From the NCBI GenBank assembly GCA_964035545.1, contig OZ037767.1, positions 15,070,998 to 15,134,997 of the forward strand: a stretch of DNA of 64,000 bases, given 5' to 3'. A program made the translations under genes and the position numbers. The number at the start of each line of letters is the position of its first letter. Position 1 is the stretch's first letter. The DNA comes from Bugula neritina. Taxonomy: Eukaryota; Animalia; Bryozoa. Shown here in pieces: positions 1-12,560 of this stretch. Under the pieces are notes generated by a model. That model did no database searches and had not been told where the DNA came from. It worked only from the letters and a program-made list of their open reading frames with translations.

Positions 1-1937
1 GATAAGCGCTTTTATCAAGAATTACGAGGAAATGAATACGTACATCTAAAGAGGCACCTGACAAGGAAATCAAAAGCATTATGATAAAATATATGGGGTC
101 AGCCAACTAAAAATAATACCAATGCAGAATGACTAAATAAAGTTAGCAACAAATTGGAGCATATGTAAAGACAAGGAAATTAGATCTTAGAAACGATGCA
201 AACAACTGGAATAGCAATTAATGTCATAAGGTTGATAAGAAAAAGCATGAAACCTGGAAAACACAACTGAAATACCTGGAAGAAAAGATAGGAGAAATAA
301 AGATCAAACTAAGAATTTTCCAAGGAGACTCTTTATCTCTATCCCTTTTCTCCAACTACCGATTCGCATGACAGAAGCGGCTCAATGATGCAAATTTCGA
401 CGAGACAGAAAACAAACCATCTCCTATATGTGGATGACCTGAAGGTAAATAGGAAATCAAAGTGGGAACTGGAAGCTTTGGTAAACACTGCCGGGATCTT
501 CACAAGGAATATAGAAATGAAATTTGGATTAAAAAATGTGCCACACTGGTTATGAGAAAGGGAAAGAAAATTAAGGACACAGGAATCAGTTTGCCTGATG
601 AACAGGTAATCAAAGATCTGGGTGAGAAGCCGTATAAATATCTAGGAGTTCTTGAGATTGATGGAATACAAATATATGAAATGAAAAATAAGATCAAGGA
701 GTACTACAAACAAATAAGAAAAGTTCTGGATTCAAAACTGAATGGTGAGAACACAATCAAAGCAATAAACACATGGGCAGTAACAGCAGCGCATTACACA
801 GCTAGAATACTTGACTGAACTGTTTCATGAGCTAAAAAATATAGACTGAAAGACAAGGAAGCTAATGACAACAAACCGTGCACCCTATCCGAGAGCAGAT
901 GTAGGCAGGCTGTATTTTAGCAGAAGGGAAGGCGGTAGAAGAATGTTGTCAACTGAAAAATGCATAAAGATTGAAAACTGCAGCATGTCAGACTACATAA
1001 ATATAACATAGACTGATAGAAACACCACACTGAATACCTTCCTAAAAGACAGAACAGCGGTAGAACTAAATAATGATAAAGTGATAGAAAGAACTGATGA
1101 GTGTAAAGAAAAGCTTCACGTGGTCAATACATCAAAATGGTGGAAGACATGAAAGCATTTTCCTGGAACTGGTTAAAGTATGGTTGGCTGAAAAAGGAAA
1201 CAGAAGGACTGCTGACAGCTGCGCAAAATCAACTATTCACTACTAGAAATTATAAAGTGGCTATGATGAGAGAACAGGGTAGCAAGAAGTGTGGAATGTG
1301 TAACGCAAGAGACAAAACTTCGATGCACGTATTGAGTGAGTTTGAGAAGGTAGCAGAAGGAGAATATAAGAAAAAACACAACCTTTTGGCATTGATAATT
1401 TGTATAGTAGTTGTGTGAACTTCGTGGGTTTCAGAAAAGTAAGAATTGGTACGGCCATCAAGCAGAATAAGTACTGGAAAATGATAATGTGAAAACCTTG
1501 TAAGATTTTAACATACACACTGACGTAGTCATCAAAGTTAGGAGACCCGATATATTAGTAGTTGACAAGCATAATGCTGAAACAACGATAATTGATATCA
1601 CAGTCCCTGTTAACTACAGAGTAAAAGAAAAAAATTCGAAAAGTTAGGAAAATATCAGAATTTAGCACTAGAATAAACCCGCCTTTGGAAAACATCAAAA
1701 AAGTCATCCCATTGTAACTGGAGCCTTTGGAGCTTTATACAAGATTGTAGACTGGCTGACACTACTTGCAGTAGCTGAAAACAAATGCTCATTAATTCAG
1801 CAGACACCCTTACTAGGATCAGGATAAGCTCACATCCTGAGGAAAGTTCTATCCATTTCAGCCTAGTATAACTAGGCCAATGGTAAAAGGTTACACCAGC
1901 TAAAAAACTACGGTCAATCAACAATAATAATAATAAT
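1..1937 (+). mobile_element. Decayed RLE-type non-LTR retrotransposon (R4/Dong-like), 5' part outside window
   Basis: Fragmented RT motifs FQGDSLS, LLYVDDLK, YKYLG, KLNGENTIKAINTWAV, RLYFSRREGGR and LKKETEGLLTAAQ. Degenerate CCHC (CGMC...HVLS) and a PD-(D/E)xK endonuclease remnant (RPDILVVDK...IIDI). Many stops and frameshifts; ends at (AAT)n near 1923-1937. Confidence 0.8.
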
Positions 1938-2983
1938 AGTGCAGTTGGTTCTATTATTAGATTAGCATATTGATTATGACTTTTCGATTGCCACCCTGAT
2001 ACTATGAGTAAAATGTACAAGCATACGTGAAAGTATAGATATGATCATAAGTATAAAAATAGGTATAAGTATAAATATAAATATAGGTACAAGTATAAAA
2101 TGAATGATTATATTATTAATAATATTAGTCAGTGATACCTATAACCGTAATGGTTTTTAGACTTACAGTTATCATTAACATTAGCTGAGTAATATGATTA
2201 GTTAAAATAATGGTATTCATTATTATATCATAGTTATAAGTTATAACTCTAGTCTCTAAAGAGCAACAGCAAGTGTAACTGGGATATTCATATTAAATTT
2301 CATATTCACATGGTGCAATGTTTATGTTATGAACTAATTTATTCCTTCAACATTTAACTATAAATATGATTAACACTAACTTTGACCAGCAGTATTACTA
2401 AAAGAAGCGTATTACAAATATAAGATAATAAAATTCTAGTAGTAGGACTAATAGTATTACTAGGTCCAGTATTATTCTTGTTATCTTATTCATCATTCAT
2501 GAGTTATCAAATTTAAAATTACTACTTATTAGCATCAGCATATAAAAAGTAAGATCATTAGGAATAATTATCATGAGGTATGATCTATGATTTGCATTAT
2601 CCATATATAGTTTAATATCAATATGATATATTATTATTGCTGATAGTCTATGTTATAGTTAAATTTATACTTATCTTTACAGTTACCTATAGTAGCACTT
2701 ATTAGTTATTTGTGGTAGCCAAACTAATGTTTAATATTAATAAATTAAACTGAGTATCATAAAAGTGTTACTAAGAATTTTAATTATAATCGTAATGGTG
2801 ATCATATTACTTTATTATAATTATTATATTTTATCATTAATGCTAAACTGAGTTAATGTATATACTTTGAGTTTTACTATTACTCATTATATTTACACTT
2901 ATAGTAAAACTAAATATGTAAAAGTTATACTTATACTATTATTATTCGTATTTCATTAGACTTACATCTAAGATCGCAGTCCT

Positions 2984-3130
2984 ATTACTACTACCACTGA
3001 TACTAGTACTACAACTAGTACTAGTACTACAACTAGTACTAGTACTGCTACTAGTACTAGTACTACTAATAGTACTGTTACTACTACTACTACTAGTACT
3101 ACTACTAGGTCTACTACTGTACCAGTACAA
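2984..3130. repeat. Degenerate (ACT/AGT)n microsatellite
   Basis: Runs of CTACTA/CTAGTA; produces the spurious Ser/Thr-rich ORF 2942-3130. Confidence 0.85.
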
Positions 3131-6100
3131 CTACAAACTTTGAAAATAACTGCAAGAAAGGTATGACTTACTCTTTTTCTTAGTCTTACTGTGACTCTCA
3201 GTCGTAATGTAAAATAAAATTGTGAACTGTAAAGTTAAACCCAAGGCTGAAATTTATTTAATTAAATTTAGACAATCTGAATCATTGGCTCAATCCTTGA
3301 GTTTGACTATTACTATTATTGTTACGATTGTGATTATCATTGGCATTATGCCATTATGATTATCATTATGATTGTAATTGTGGTAATTCTAACATTAATT
3401 ATAATCATAAATTAAAAGGTAATGATTAATGATAATTATTTTCATTTTGTAATCATAATGATAATCATAATGATGTAAATTTTGATGTAAAACCAAAATA
3501 CTAAAACTAAAAGTAAAAGTTATAAAATTAAATGATAAAATATTATAATGATAATTATTATATTAATATTTATTATATTATTATTGAATATATTATTTCA
3601 TTAGAAAATAGGTTGCAGCTTAGCATGATTAAAATTCAGTAAAAATTAGTTTACCAACAGCAAACATGCATGCGTCTTGTCAACATTCAATTCGTAGTGT
3701 CATAGCGAAGCCAGATTACTGGTAGTACGACTACTAGAACTAGTCAACTACTACTACTAGTGATGGATTACAGATCCTTGGCGATTTTAGCTGTGAGTGA
3801 CCTTCACCTCACATTCTCGTCATGTGCGCCGCAGAGTAGAGGGTATAAAGCACTGAGCTGGAAAAGAAAGAATATATTTTAATTATAGGTAATACTAATA
3901 GTAATATAATTTATGGTAATATATAGGTAATATTATTGAGTTCATTGGTATGGAGTATAGACCTATCACTGATAGTATCAGTATCAACTACCACTTACGT
4001 ACTACTTCAACTTATAACTTACCTTCAACTCAAACTGAAACTGCTTGGAATCATTTGTCTTTGATCATATTGGCATTGTCATTGTGATTGTAATAACTAT
4101 TAATATTTTTAGTTCAACATCAATGCCGAACATATTGTAATAACTAATAAGATAATCATAAGGTTGATATATTTTGCTAATACTAATACTAATACTAATA
4201 GTTATAGTAATAGTTATAGTATTTCAGTGTCACTCTCACTCTGGTGGAGTGAGACTCAGACTTAGAGTTAGAGACAGAGTCAGAGTGAGTCCGAGTAAGT
4301 CTGAGTGTTGGTAATAGTAATAGTCATATAAATTTAAATTATATTTACTTATTTCTAGCAATCACAATGGCAATAGTTATAGTAACTTTCACTCACTCTT
4401 AAATCATTGAACCTGAACTAAAAGTAAAATTAAGCATTATGATTATCATTATGATTATACCTATGATTTTATTATGTTTAAATTAAAAATCACTATCATG
4501 ATAATATCATAGTGATAGACATATTATTGATAAATGATAATATAAAAGTAATTTGATAAATTATACATTGATTTTGAATTAAGGTGATACTGATACTAGA
4601 CCGGTACTGAAAGTGATAGTAATACTAATAGTAATAGTAATAGTCATATAAATTTAAGTTATATTTACTCATTACCGGCAATCACAATGGCAATAGTAAC
4701 TTAAACTGTAACAGTAATGGTATGGGTATATTTGAAATTGTCACTATCAGTATTGCTATGAATCAAAATATAATGCTATCATACCAATAATTTAAAATAA
4801 TATTACAAAGCTTCAGTAGCAACTTTTACTTGTACCAGTTTGGAATTTTGAATTATACATATTCTTAGTTAAAGTCTTCAAGTTTATTGTCAAAATGAAC
4901 TTGAAATTAAAGACTTAGTAGTAAAAATTAAACTAAGACTGACTGTAAGTGACTAAGATTAAAAATAAGTAATTTTAAATATCGATTTAGTATTTTTCTT
5001 ACTCTTTGTCTTAAAATTGACTTTTATTTTGCACCTACTCCTGGTCAATGATTCTTTTTTCTATTTATATTACTATTGCTATTAGTATAATTGACTTAAA
5101 TTTAATAATAGATATGATTATATCTTTATAAATGTGATATTTGATTTTATGAATAGTAATTCGAAAACTCTTTGGTATTATTTATTTTTGATCATTGTAG
5201 TTATCATTATATTTGTATAATAATTATGATTATCAAATTCATTATCGATATTTGTATTATGGTATGGATATCTGCCTCCATCCCATGTTCTATTTTGCAG
5301 TGCCTTTTTACATTTACGTCTAGGTTCACATTGCGATGGTCATACTGATAGCACTTGGGGACAGTGATGACCATAATGATTATCACTAATATTAGGATTA
5401 TCGTTATTAGGATTTAGAATAATTTAATAAACAAGCAACTTAAAACAAATGTTTTTACTAATATACATATTAATTACTAATATAAATATACTACTATGAA
5501 TATTATAATTATTATACTTTACAATTCAAAGTAAGATAATCATAATACGAACTGGTAAAACTAAATATAAAGTAAATGTAATAATACTAATAGTAGTTAT
5601 CCATTCCCCTTTGGTTTCACATACCAATAATTGGAAACCTCTGTCCTAATATTATTTCTATTAATATTGCTCAAAGTTTGATCCCTATTTAATTTTATAG
5701 TTCACTCACCAGCTACATAATTTTATTAAAATACATGTGGTATTGGTTATAGTACTAGTGAAACTTGAAGTTGAATAGCATGCTTATTACTCACTGCTCT
5801 TTGCTTACATTATTAGGGTTACTCTTTAGTCTTAGAGATACCCTAACATAAACTTGAAAGCTGGAGGTAGTACTAGTCTGGTGCTGTGTTAATCCTACAC
5901 TGTTGACTTATCAACACTGTGACTATAATTATGAGTCATTATAAGTCATTTTCATATAGTAGTAATCACTATGACAGACTGAAAGTCAGAAAGACTAAAT
6001 ATAATGGTAAAGTGTGTAAGAATAAATCATACTTAATCAATTACTTTTAGTTTTGTTACCAGTGTTGGGTCAACTTTCAGAATAAAGAATAAATATAATT

Positions 6101-6882
6101 ATAAAAATAAATGGATAAAAATTCCAATCATGGTTTAATGTGCCTATTTTAAGCTGTTAATTTAATTACTATAATATAAGTGCTCAAAATACAACTTTTG
6201 ATTTTCATAATTATGTTTTAATTTAATACAGATACCATAGCATCATATACGGTAGAATCAGTTGTATCTTATTTAATAATAAAGTAACTTTTTGCAGCTT
6301 TCACAGTTATTAATTATTCACTTGTTAGTCTTTGAACTGGGACAATGTTTGAAACTTGAAGTAGGATGAAGTTTGATTTCAGTTACCGCAATGGTATCTG
6401 CAGTCACAATAGGAATACGCATATAACTATGTTTATATTTGTGAAAAATATATAGTCAAAACTAGATAAGGTAATAGTAATTATAATTGGTTTCACTTTT
6501 AATATATTCCTATAAACTGGAAAATAGACAGAAGCATTTAATCATGAAAATAAACCTAGTGGAAGTAAATCAATTCACTAAGTATAGTAAAATATTTACT
6601 ATTCAGTAAGTTTATTTACTTTAGTTAATTGTACTTGATTATTTCTGTCGGTTTTTCAGTTGATTTTTCTACTTTTTGCTATAGCATATCAAACTACCAC
6701 AAAGTCATGCTTCCGTATTACAATTATAAACATAGTGTTCCTGTGTAATGTTATAGTAATGTAATAGTAATATTTGGATCATTGTAAGTATTTCTGTTGT
6801 TGTACTGATTGATAAATATTTTTTAGCTTGCATGGATATTTGCAACGATCAAGATGCCATTTGAACCTGGACTGGAATAAAG

Positions 6883-8247
6883 ATGGCAAATCGAGAAGCT
6901 AGCTACAATTATTCTGCTGAAAGAAACTTGGTAAGCAAAAATAAGCTGCAGCATTAAGCAGTAAGCAATATGACGATGAACTTTGCTTGATTTTGATTGA
7001 CCTTAAAATATCTGGTCACCTTTCACCAACGTGGTCCTGCGCGGGTGGCGGGTGACCTTAAAATGTCTGTTGCACGTAAAATAAATTTTGTGACAGTCAA
7101 AAGTATGCTGATCTTTTTCGTATTTCAGTGCATCGGTGTCTTAGCTTAAGAGCTGAACCCAACAATTATGATCTAAAGCTGTTTTTTACTAGAAAGTGAT
7201 TTTACTGTCTTTCTGATTATTCTTGGTTTTTCAGCTTGATGAATTGAATAAATGGATTTGATTTCGGGTATTATGTAATGGATGAAAGAAATTTTTCTTA
7301 AATTTGTACTGAGCAATTTTTGCTATTGCTATGATGTTTAGTGATAAAATTGCACCCTTAATAACCCTGAAAACTTTCATTACTAGCATTTGTTTATGTT
7401 CATTTTTAGGAAATTAAAATGAAGACACAACTCACCGATGCTATCTCACTGTGCCTGCATGCAGTTTATCTAAAAAGGTACTCCTATTAGCTGGCTCTTG
7501 CCCAATACCTGGTTGTCTCTGTAACTATTTTTTGCTCGCAGATGAGTTTTTTGAACTTGACATTTTATTGATTTTGAAAGTTATAGTGAGCTTTGAACTT
7601 GCTAGCATCGTTTTTTAAAGACTTGCTGCAGTTTTTATCAACATTTTTTAAGTCAATGGTGTTAGTTTGGAAGCTCTCTCACTCCTCTCTCTGTCTCTTT
7701 CTCCCACACCTTCCACTCAATCTCTCTCTCTTTCTCCCCCTCTCTCCCACCCTCCCTCTCTCCCACCCTCCCTCTCTCCCACCCTCCCTCTCTCCCACCC
7801 TCTGTCTCTCCCACCTTCTCTCTCTCCCACTCTCCGTCTCTCCCACCTTCTCTCTCTCCTAACCTTTCTCTCTTCCCTTTTCCACTATCTCTCTGACTCT
7901 CTCCCTTTCTCTCTTCTACCCCATCTCTCTTCCATCCTCTCTCCTAACCTTTCTCTCCCACACCCCCCCCCTCTCCCACTCTCTTTCTCTCTCTAGTTTG
8001 CATGGCTTTACCCAATTTTGGTTTATTTTTTTATCTTGTTTCAGAGTATCCAAAAGGAAAGCTAAAATTTATTTAATATATATTATACCAACTTGAGCTT
8101 TACATATAATATCAAATAAATGCTGTGTTTTGTTAAAACAATGTTTGCAACTTTGTAGTATATTCAAATTCATAATTTATTTGTAGAGTCACACAACAAG
8201 ACACTACTCTGACACACTCACAAGTTGCCACTGATCCAGCAGTATAG
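6883..8247 (+). CDS. Possible small spliced ORF (58 aa), or exons of a non-coding transcript
   Basis: Putative exons 6883-6930, 7410-7477 and 8187-8247 with GT-AG sites join in frame to MANREASYNYSAERNLEIKMKTQLTDAISLCLHAVYLKRVTQQDTTLTHSQVATDPAV*. No recognisable family. Confidence 0.2.
7673..7995. repeat. Polypyrimidine CT-rich tract with ~18-bp unit CTCTCCCACCCTCCCTCT
   Basis: Visible directly; the Leu/Ser/Pro-rich ORFs here are artefacts. Confidence 0.9.
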
Positions 8248-11200
8248 ATGATTGTTTTCTCCACTGGCTATGCTGTCACGCTTTACTGTTGTGGTGTTTG
8301 AAACAAACCAATTGTTTGCCTACGCAGATTAGGGTGAGAAAAAAAGTGAGAAATGAAAGCTGTTTTTAATACCAACTACACTTAGTTTTTATTGAATGAA
8401 AAACAAAGTGAAATCATTAGTTATCCGTTAAATGACTAAATCATTGTTTATAAAGATGAAACACAAATAATCTTATAATATGCTAATGAAATTTGGCTTT
8501 CAAATAGCTTTTTTCTGTATATTTGTTGAGGAAGTTTATCTTCAACAAAACTTCGTAGCTGTTGAATATGTGGAGAGTATTTTATATTGCATAAATTTAT
8601 AGAGTAAAAGGTTCTCATCAAACTTTTACAACTTAGCTCATCGACGGTTTAAAAGTGTGAGTCACCCTTCACACTAGAGTTTTATAAAGTTTTAATGAAT
8701 GTGCAGTATTTTATAAGATATTGTGTGTCTCGTAAATTTAGCTATTTCTACCTTTTCAGTGAGATTGGAGTAAACACACCTCAAAATTCACATCTGGTAT
8801 CACATTGATTTATCGCAAGTCAAAGTACACCTACTAACTCTTCCTTCCCTAATACCTGCTTGCTTTTGCACTTCTACTCATTTCATATACCTAACATTTC
8901 TCTTGCAGATGAATTACATCTTTTAAGTTGTAAAAGCCTTAAATAGCATGAAATTAATGAAGTTTAAACCGTGGCCACACTAACTATTGATGCGTTTATT
9001 GATGGGTTAAATTACACGAAAATATTGTCTCTTTCTTTTTAGTTTCACCTAAAGTATTACATACTATTGATGGAGGCTTTGCTGAAGTTTTTGGGTGATG
9101 ATTTGTCAATAATTTTCCAGAGAAGCTGGCTGGCATCATTATGCAGTTTCCAAATTTCTTTCGGCTTTGCTCTAGTGAAAATGTTGGAAAACAATCAACA
9201 AAAAGGTTTGTACCATAAACGAAGTTATTGTGTGCGTGTTGTCAAAGCATAAAGTGTGCTGGAAATTTTTGGGTTTCTGTTGAGATGCGTTTTTGCTTTT
9301 CCTGCATGAAAAAAGTTCCAGTTTCAGTTAATATCACTAGCGGAGTGCCCACCTATATTTTAAATCATATTGATGCATAAGTTCTTTTTGTAATATTAAA
9401 AGTATAACTTGCTTAATTGCTATTCAATGCCCTTTGAAGTTTCCAACTGTAATTAATTAGTTGATTTGGCAGCATAGTATCGATGATTGATGAAGGCAGC
9501 CGATATAATTATAAGCATAAATATCTATATCTACATGAAGATGTCATTCCCAATGATTGTTATTCTGAAATCAGCTGATTAAGTTATCACAAACTAAACA
9601 TTTTGACCAGCGGCTTGCAATGCAACTTGGTGAAATTTCAGACCTAGATAAATTGAATTTCTTACTGAAAATCGTGAAGGTATTAAAGTTTAAAGTTAAA
9701 GTTTAAAGGGTCATCTCTCTGCGAATTCTAATAGCATGGTGCCAATTAGACTTGAAAAAATTTCAAGGCACTACAAAGCACTAAGCCCATTCTTACAAGT
9801 AGTTTCAAAGTGCACTGGAATTTCAGTTTACTTGTCATTGTATAGAATCCTGATCTACACTATATAGCATTCACTATTGCCTGCTTCTTTTAAGCATCTA
9901 TAATGTATTAACTACAGTTTGCTTTGAGAAGTGAATTTCTACTTGGTATTTTTTCCTTATCATTCCGTTGTTTGCCAGTAGTCTTAATTTAATGGATTTT
10001 CCCTTTTCAAAAGTGGTTGTGACAATCAAAACACATCATGCAGCCTGCAACTACACAATCAGTTAGTAATTTCTTCCATTAAAGTAGCTCTTCTGGTTAC
10101 TCTTGCTCACCTAAAAGCCTGAGCCTCATTCAAATTGCAAGTTTTTAGAGTTGTTAATTTTTCATGCAGTCCTTCATTTTTTTTTTGTTAGGCACAAAAT
10201 TAGTATTCACTAGACCTAATCTTTCATCTGCATGTATGCCTATTGTTTGTTCATTAAAGAAAAACCTCTGCTAAATATTGAACTAATAATGAAAATAAAT
10301 TCCCTGAACTAAAAGTAGCAGTGTGATTTTGGTATTACAATTAGTTGTTAGCATAGAGTCAAGTTATTGACAGGAATTTTCAAATTGAAATGAATGAATT
10401 TCATTGTAAGTCAGCAAGATTTAGTCTAAGTAAACATAGCATTACATTGTGTTTTATTTAGCATTTGCAGAAGGCAACATATATTTTAAGGATTATTGTA
10501 AACTTAAATGTAATTTTAAGTACTTTCCATGTTTGTTATTGTAGATGGTCTTGTTCTTTGGGATGAATGTGACAACTCCTTGTGTCAAGCTTAACTGATT
10601 GACTACTGAATCCCAATCATATGTTTTGCCAAAAAATGTGAAAATGGAGTGCATGTCTACTTTGTTTGAAAAAATATTAAAAATACTTTTGAAACTTCAT
10701 CTAGCCAAACAATACAACAGTTTCATTTCATTAAAAAATATCATTTGCACAAAAATGTATTATGTAATCAAACAATTTCTAGAAAAAAAGTGCTTTCCTC
10801 CAGTTTTGCTAATGAACTAAATTTTTCATTATATGCTTGTCTTTATAATTTTATTAATTGTTTTTTCTGGTGAGTCAATTAAAGTCAATTCAACCTAGAA
10901 AAGTCTGAATTTCAGACTTAATTTCAAGCTAGAATATTCACATTTTTAGGTCTGCGTTTGCAAACATTGTTGTGTTACTTTACTTTTTATATTTTTTGAA
11001 ATAAATATCTTTTTAGCTTGTGCCTATTCATGATTAGAATAGTATAATAATATTTAACTTTTCTTCAATTTCAATAGATGAAAATGTTGATCAGTTGGAG
11101 TATTCAGTTTAGCTGAATTTTACTTGCTTCTGCGAAAACAATCTTTTGGAGTTGTCTGCCCTCTCTTTAGGTAATTTTTTGACCTATGGTCAACGCAATA

Positions 11201-11932
11201 ATTATAACTTTTTAAAGATGCTTGTGAACCTAACAATATAGCATAACTATCAAACCACATTATTCAATATCTGCATAAAATTTAGCCGATAAGCTGCCAC
11301 CCAATGAGCTTGAAAAGATATTAGAATTCTAGCTCAGTGCTGCCATCAATGTAGATATTTATAATGATATAAAGCCAAAACTCATTATTGCATGAAATTA
11401 TCTAACCATTCCTGACAAAGAATCGAGATAATAACTCCAAAGTTGGTCAGTTGAAACCACAGCAATAATACTTTAATCTTTATAATTGTCAGGTTTAATT
11501 TTATACCAAGCCCCAATAAGTACATATAACTATGACAACACAGCCTAAGCACCTCCAATGCAAGAAATTGAGTATTGTGGTGCTGCAAATCCTCCAGTTA
11601 CAAATGAGTAGAGCTTTCATGATTATTGGTCTACCATAATGTTTATTTAGTTTTAAGGACTAGCATAAATGCTATTATATGCGGGAGGTATTTGAAAAGC
11701 TTCCAACTCCATCTTCAACTACGGGCTATTATAATTATGCCGATAAACGAGATACTACACTCAGACTGCCCTGTTATAGTACTATGATTGGCTACTGCAA
11801 AATTTTTGCCGATAGACAACATTTAATTATGATGTAATGTATCTCGTATTGGTACATAAGTGTTATGTCTGAGGACGAGATACTGTGAAATTATGCCCTG
11901 TTTAAAAGACAAAATTAAACAATTAAACAGAC

Positions 11933-12560
11933 CTTTAGTCACATGCTTTGGTATTCCTCCGAGAAAAACTTTGCAAGAATAACGTGGATTTTCGTTTTCA
12001 ATAGGCATCTCACCTCGCCATTCGTATGTTGCTGTCAGAAATTCTACAAAAATATTTGGCAACTTAAAGTAAACCTAAGTCTATAGTGTCACAAAGCTAA
12101 AATAATACATAGTGTTAACGGTAAACAAGAATACTTGGTTTTTGCGGATTATTAGACAAATTAAACTACTGTTAGCTGATACTTATTTTGAATTTTAAAT
12201 TGCTTTATATAACTTAAACAATAAACATACTAAAACTATTATTGCACTGCTATAATGAAATATAATATTTTCTGGAGTATGACTTAAAAAGTTGCTATTA
12301 AAATTGTTTCTGTTGTTTTTGCAATAGAAAATATATTTCACAAGCAAATTCAGTAAAAACAAATGTGATTTCATTTTCAAATATTTGTTAAAACTTTCTT
12401 TAACTTTCTGAAGTTGTATATACCATACAAAGTATATAATCTATATGCTCTAAAGTATTTAATATGTAACTTTATGTACTATACTGAGTCTTACCAGCCA
12501 TATTGTACTGTGATGGTGATTGAAGAATCTGTTGGTAAACTCTGAGAGATGTATTCTTTG
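11933..12560 (-). CDS. CPEB1/Orb-like RNA-binding protein, partial (exon at start of RRM1 plus a probable upstream exon)
   Basis: Exon 12031-11933 (ctgacag|...|gt) encodes ATYEWRGEMPIENENPRYSCKVFLGGIP, resembling CPEB1 'W.G.LP....NP.YSCKVFLGGVP'. A phase-compatible 66-nt exon lies at 12560-12495 (cttacag|...|gtaag). Downstream exons were not found. Confidence 0.6.

Larger units (their letters stand above)
1..8574 (+). repeat. Segmental duplication copy A (near-identical to 52569-64000)
   Basis: Position 1 GATAAGCGCTTTT matches 52569, and GAATATGTGGA ending at 8574 matches the window end. The ORF track gives near-identical peptides at an offset of ~52.57 kb. Scattered SNPs and indels. Confidence 0.95.

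Noticed and set aside
7593-7996. Pro/Ser/Leu-rich ORFs (also 62890-63318) and Ser/Thr-rich ORFs (2942-3130, 55509-55700)
   Set aside because: Translations of simple repeats; a frameshift differs between the duplicate copies of the CT-tract ORF.
11679-11712. Mariner-like TIR fragment
   Set aside because: A single degenerate end, with no partner TIR or transposase found.
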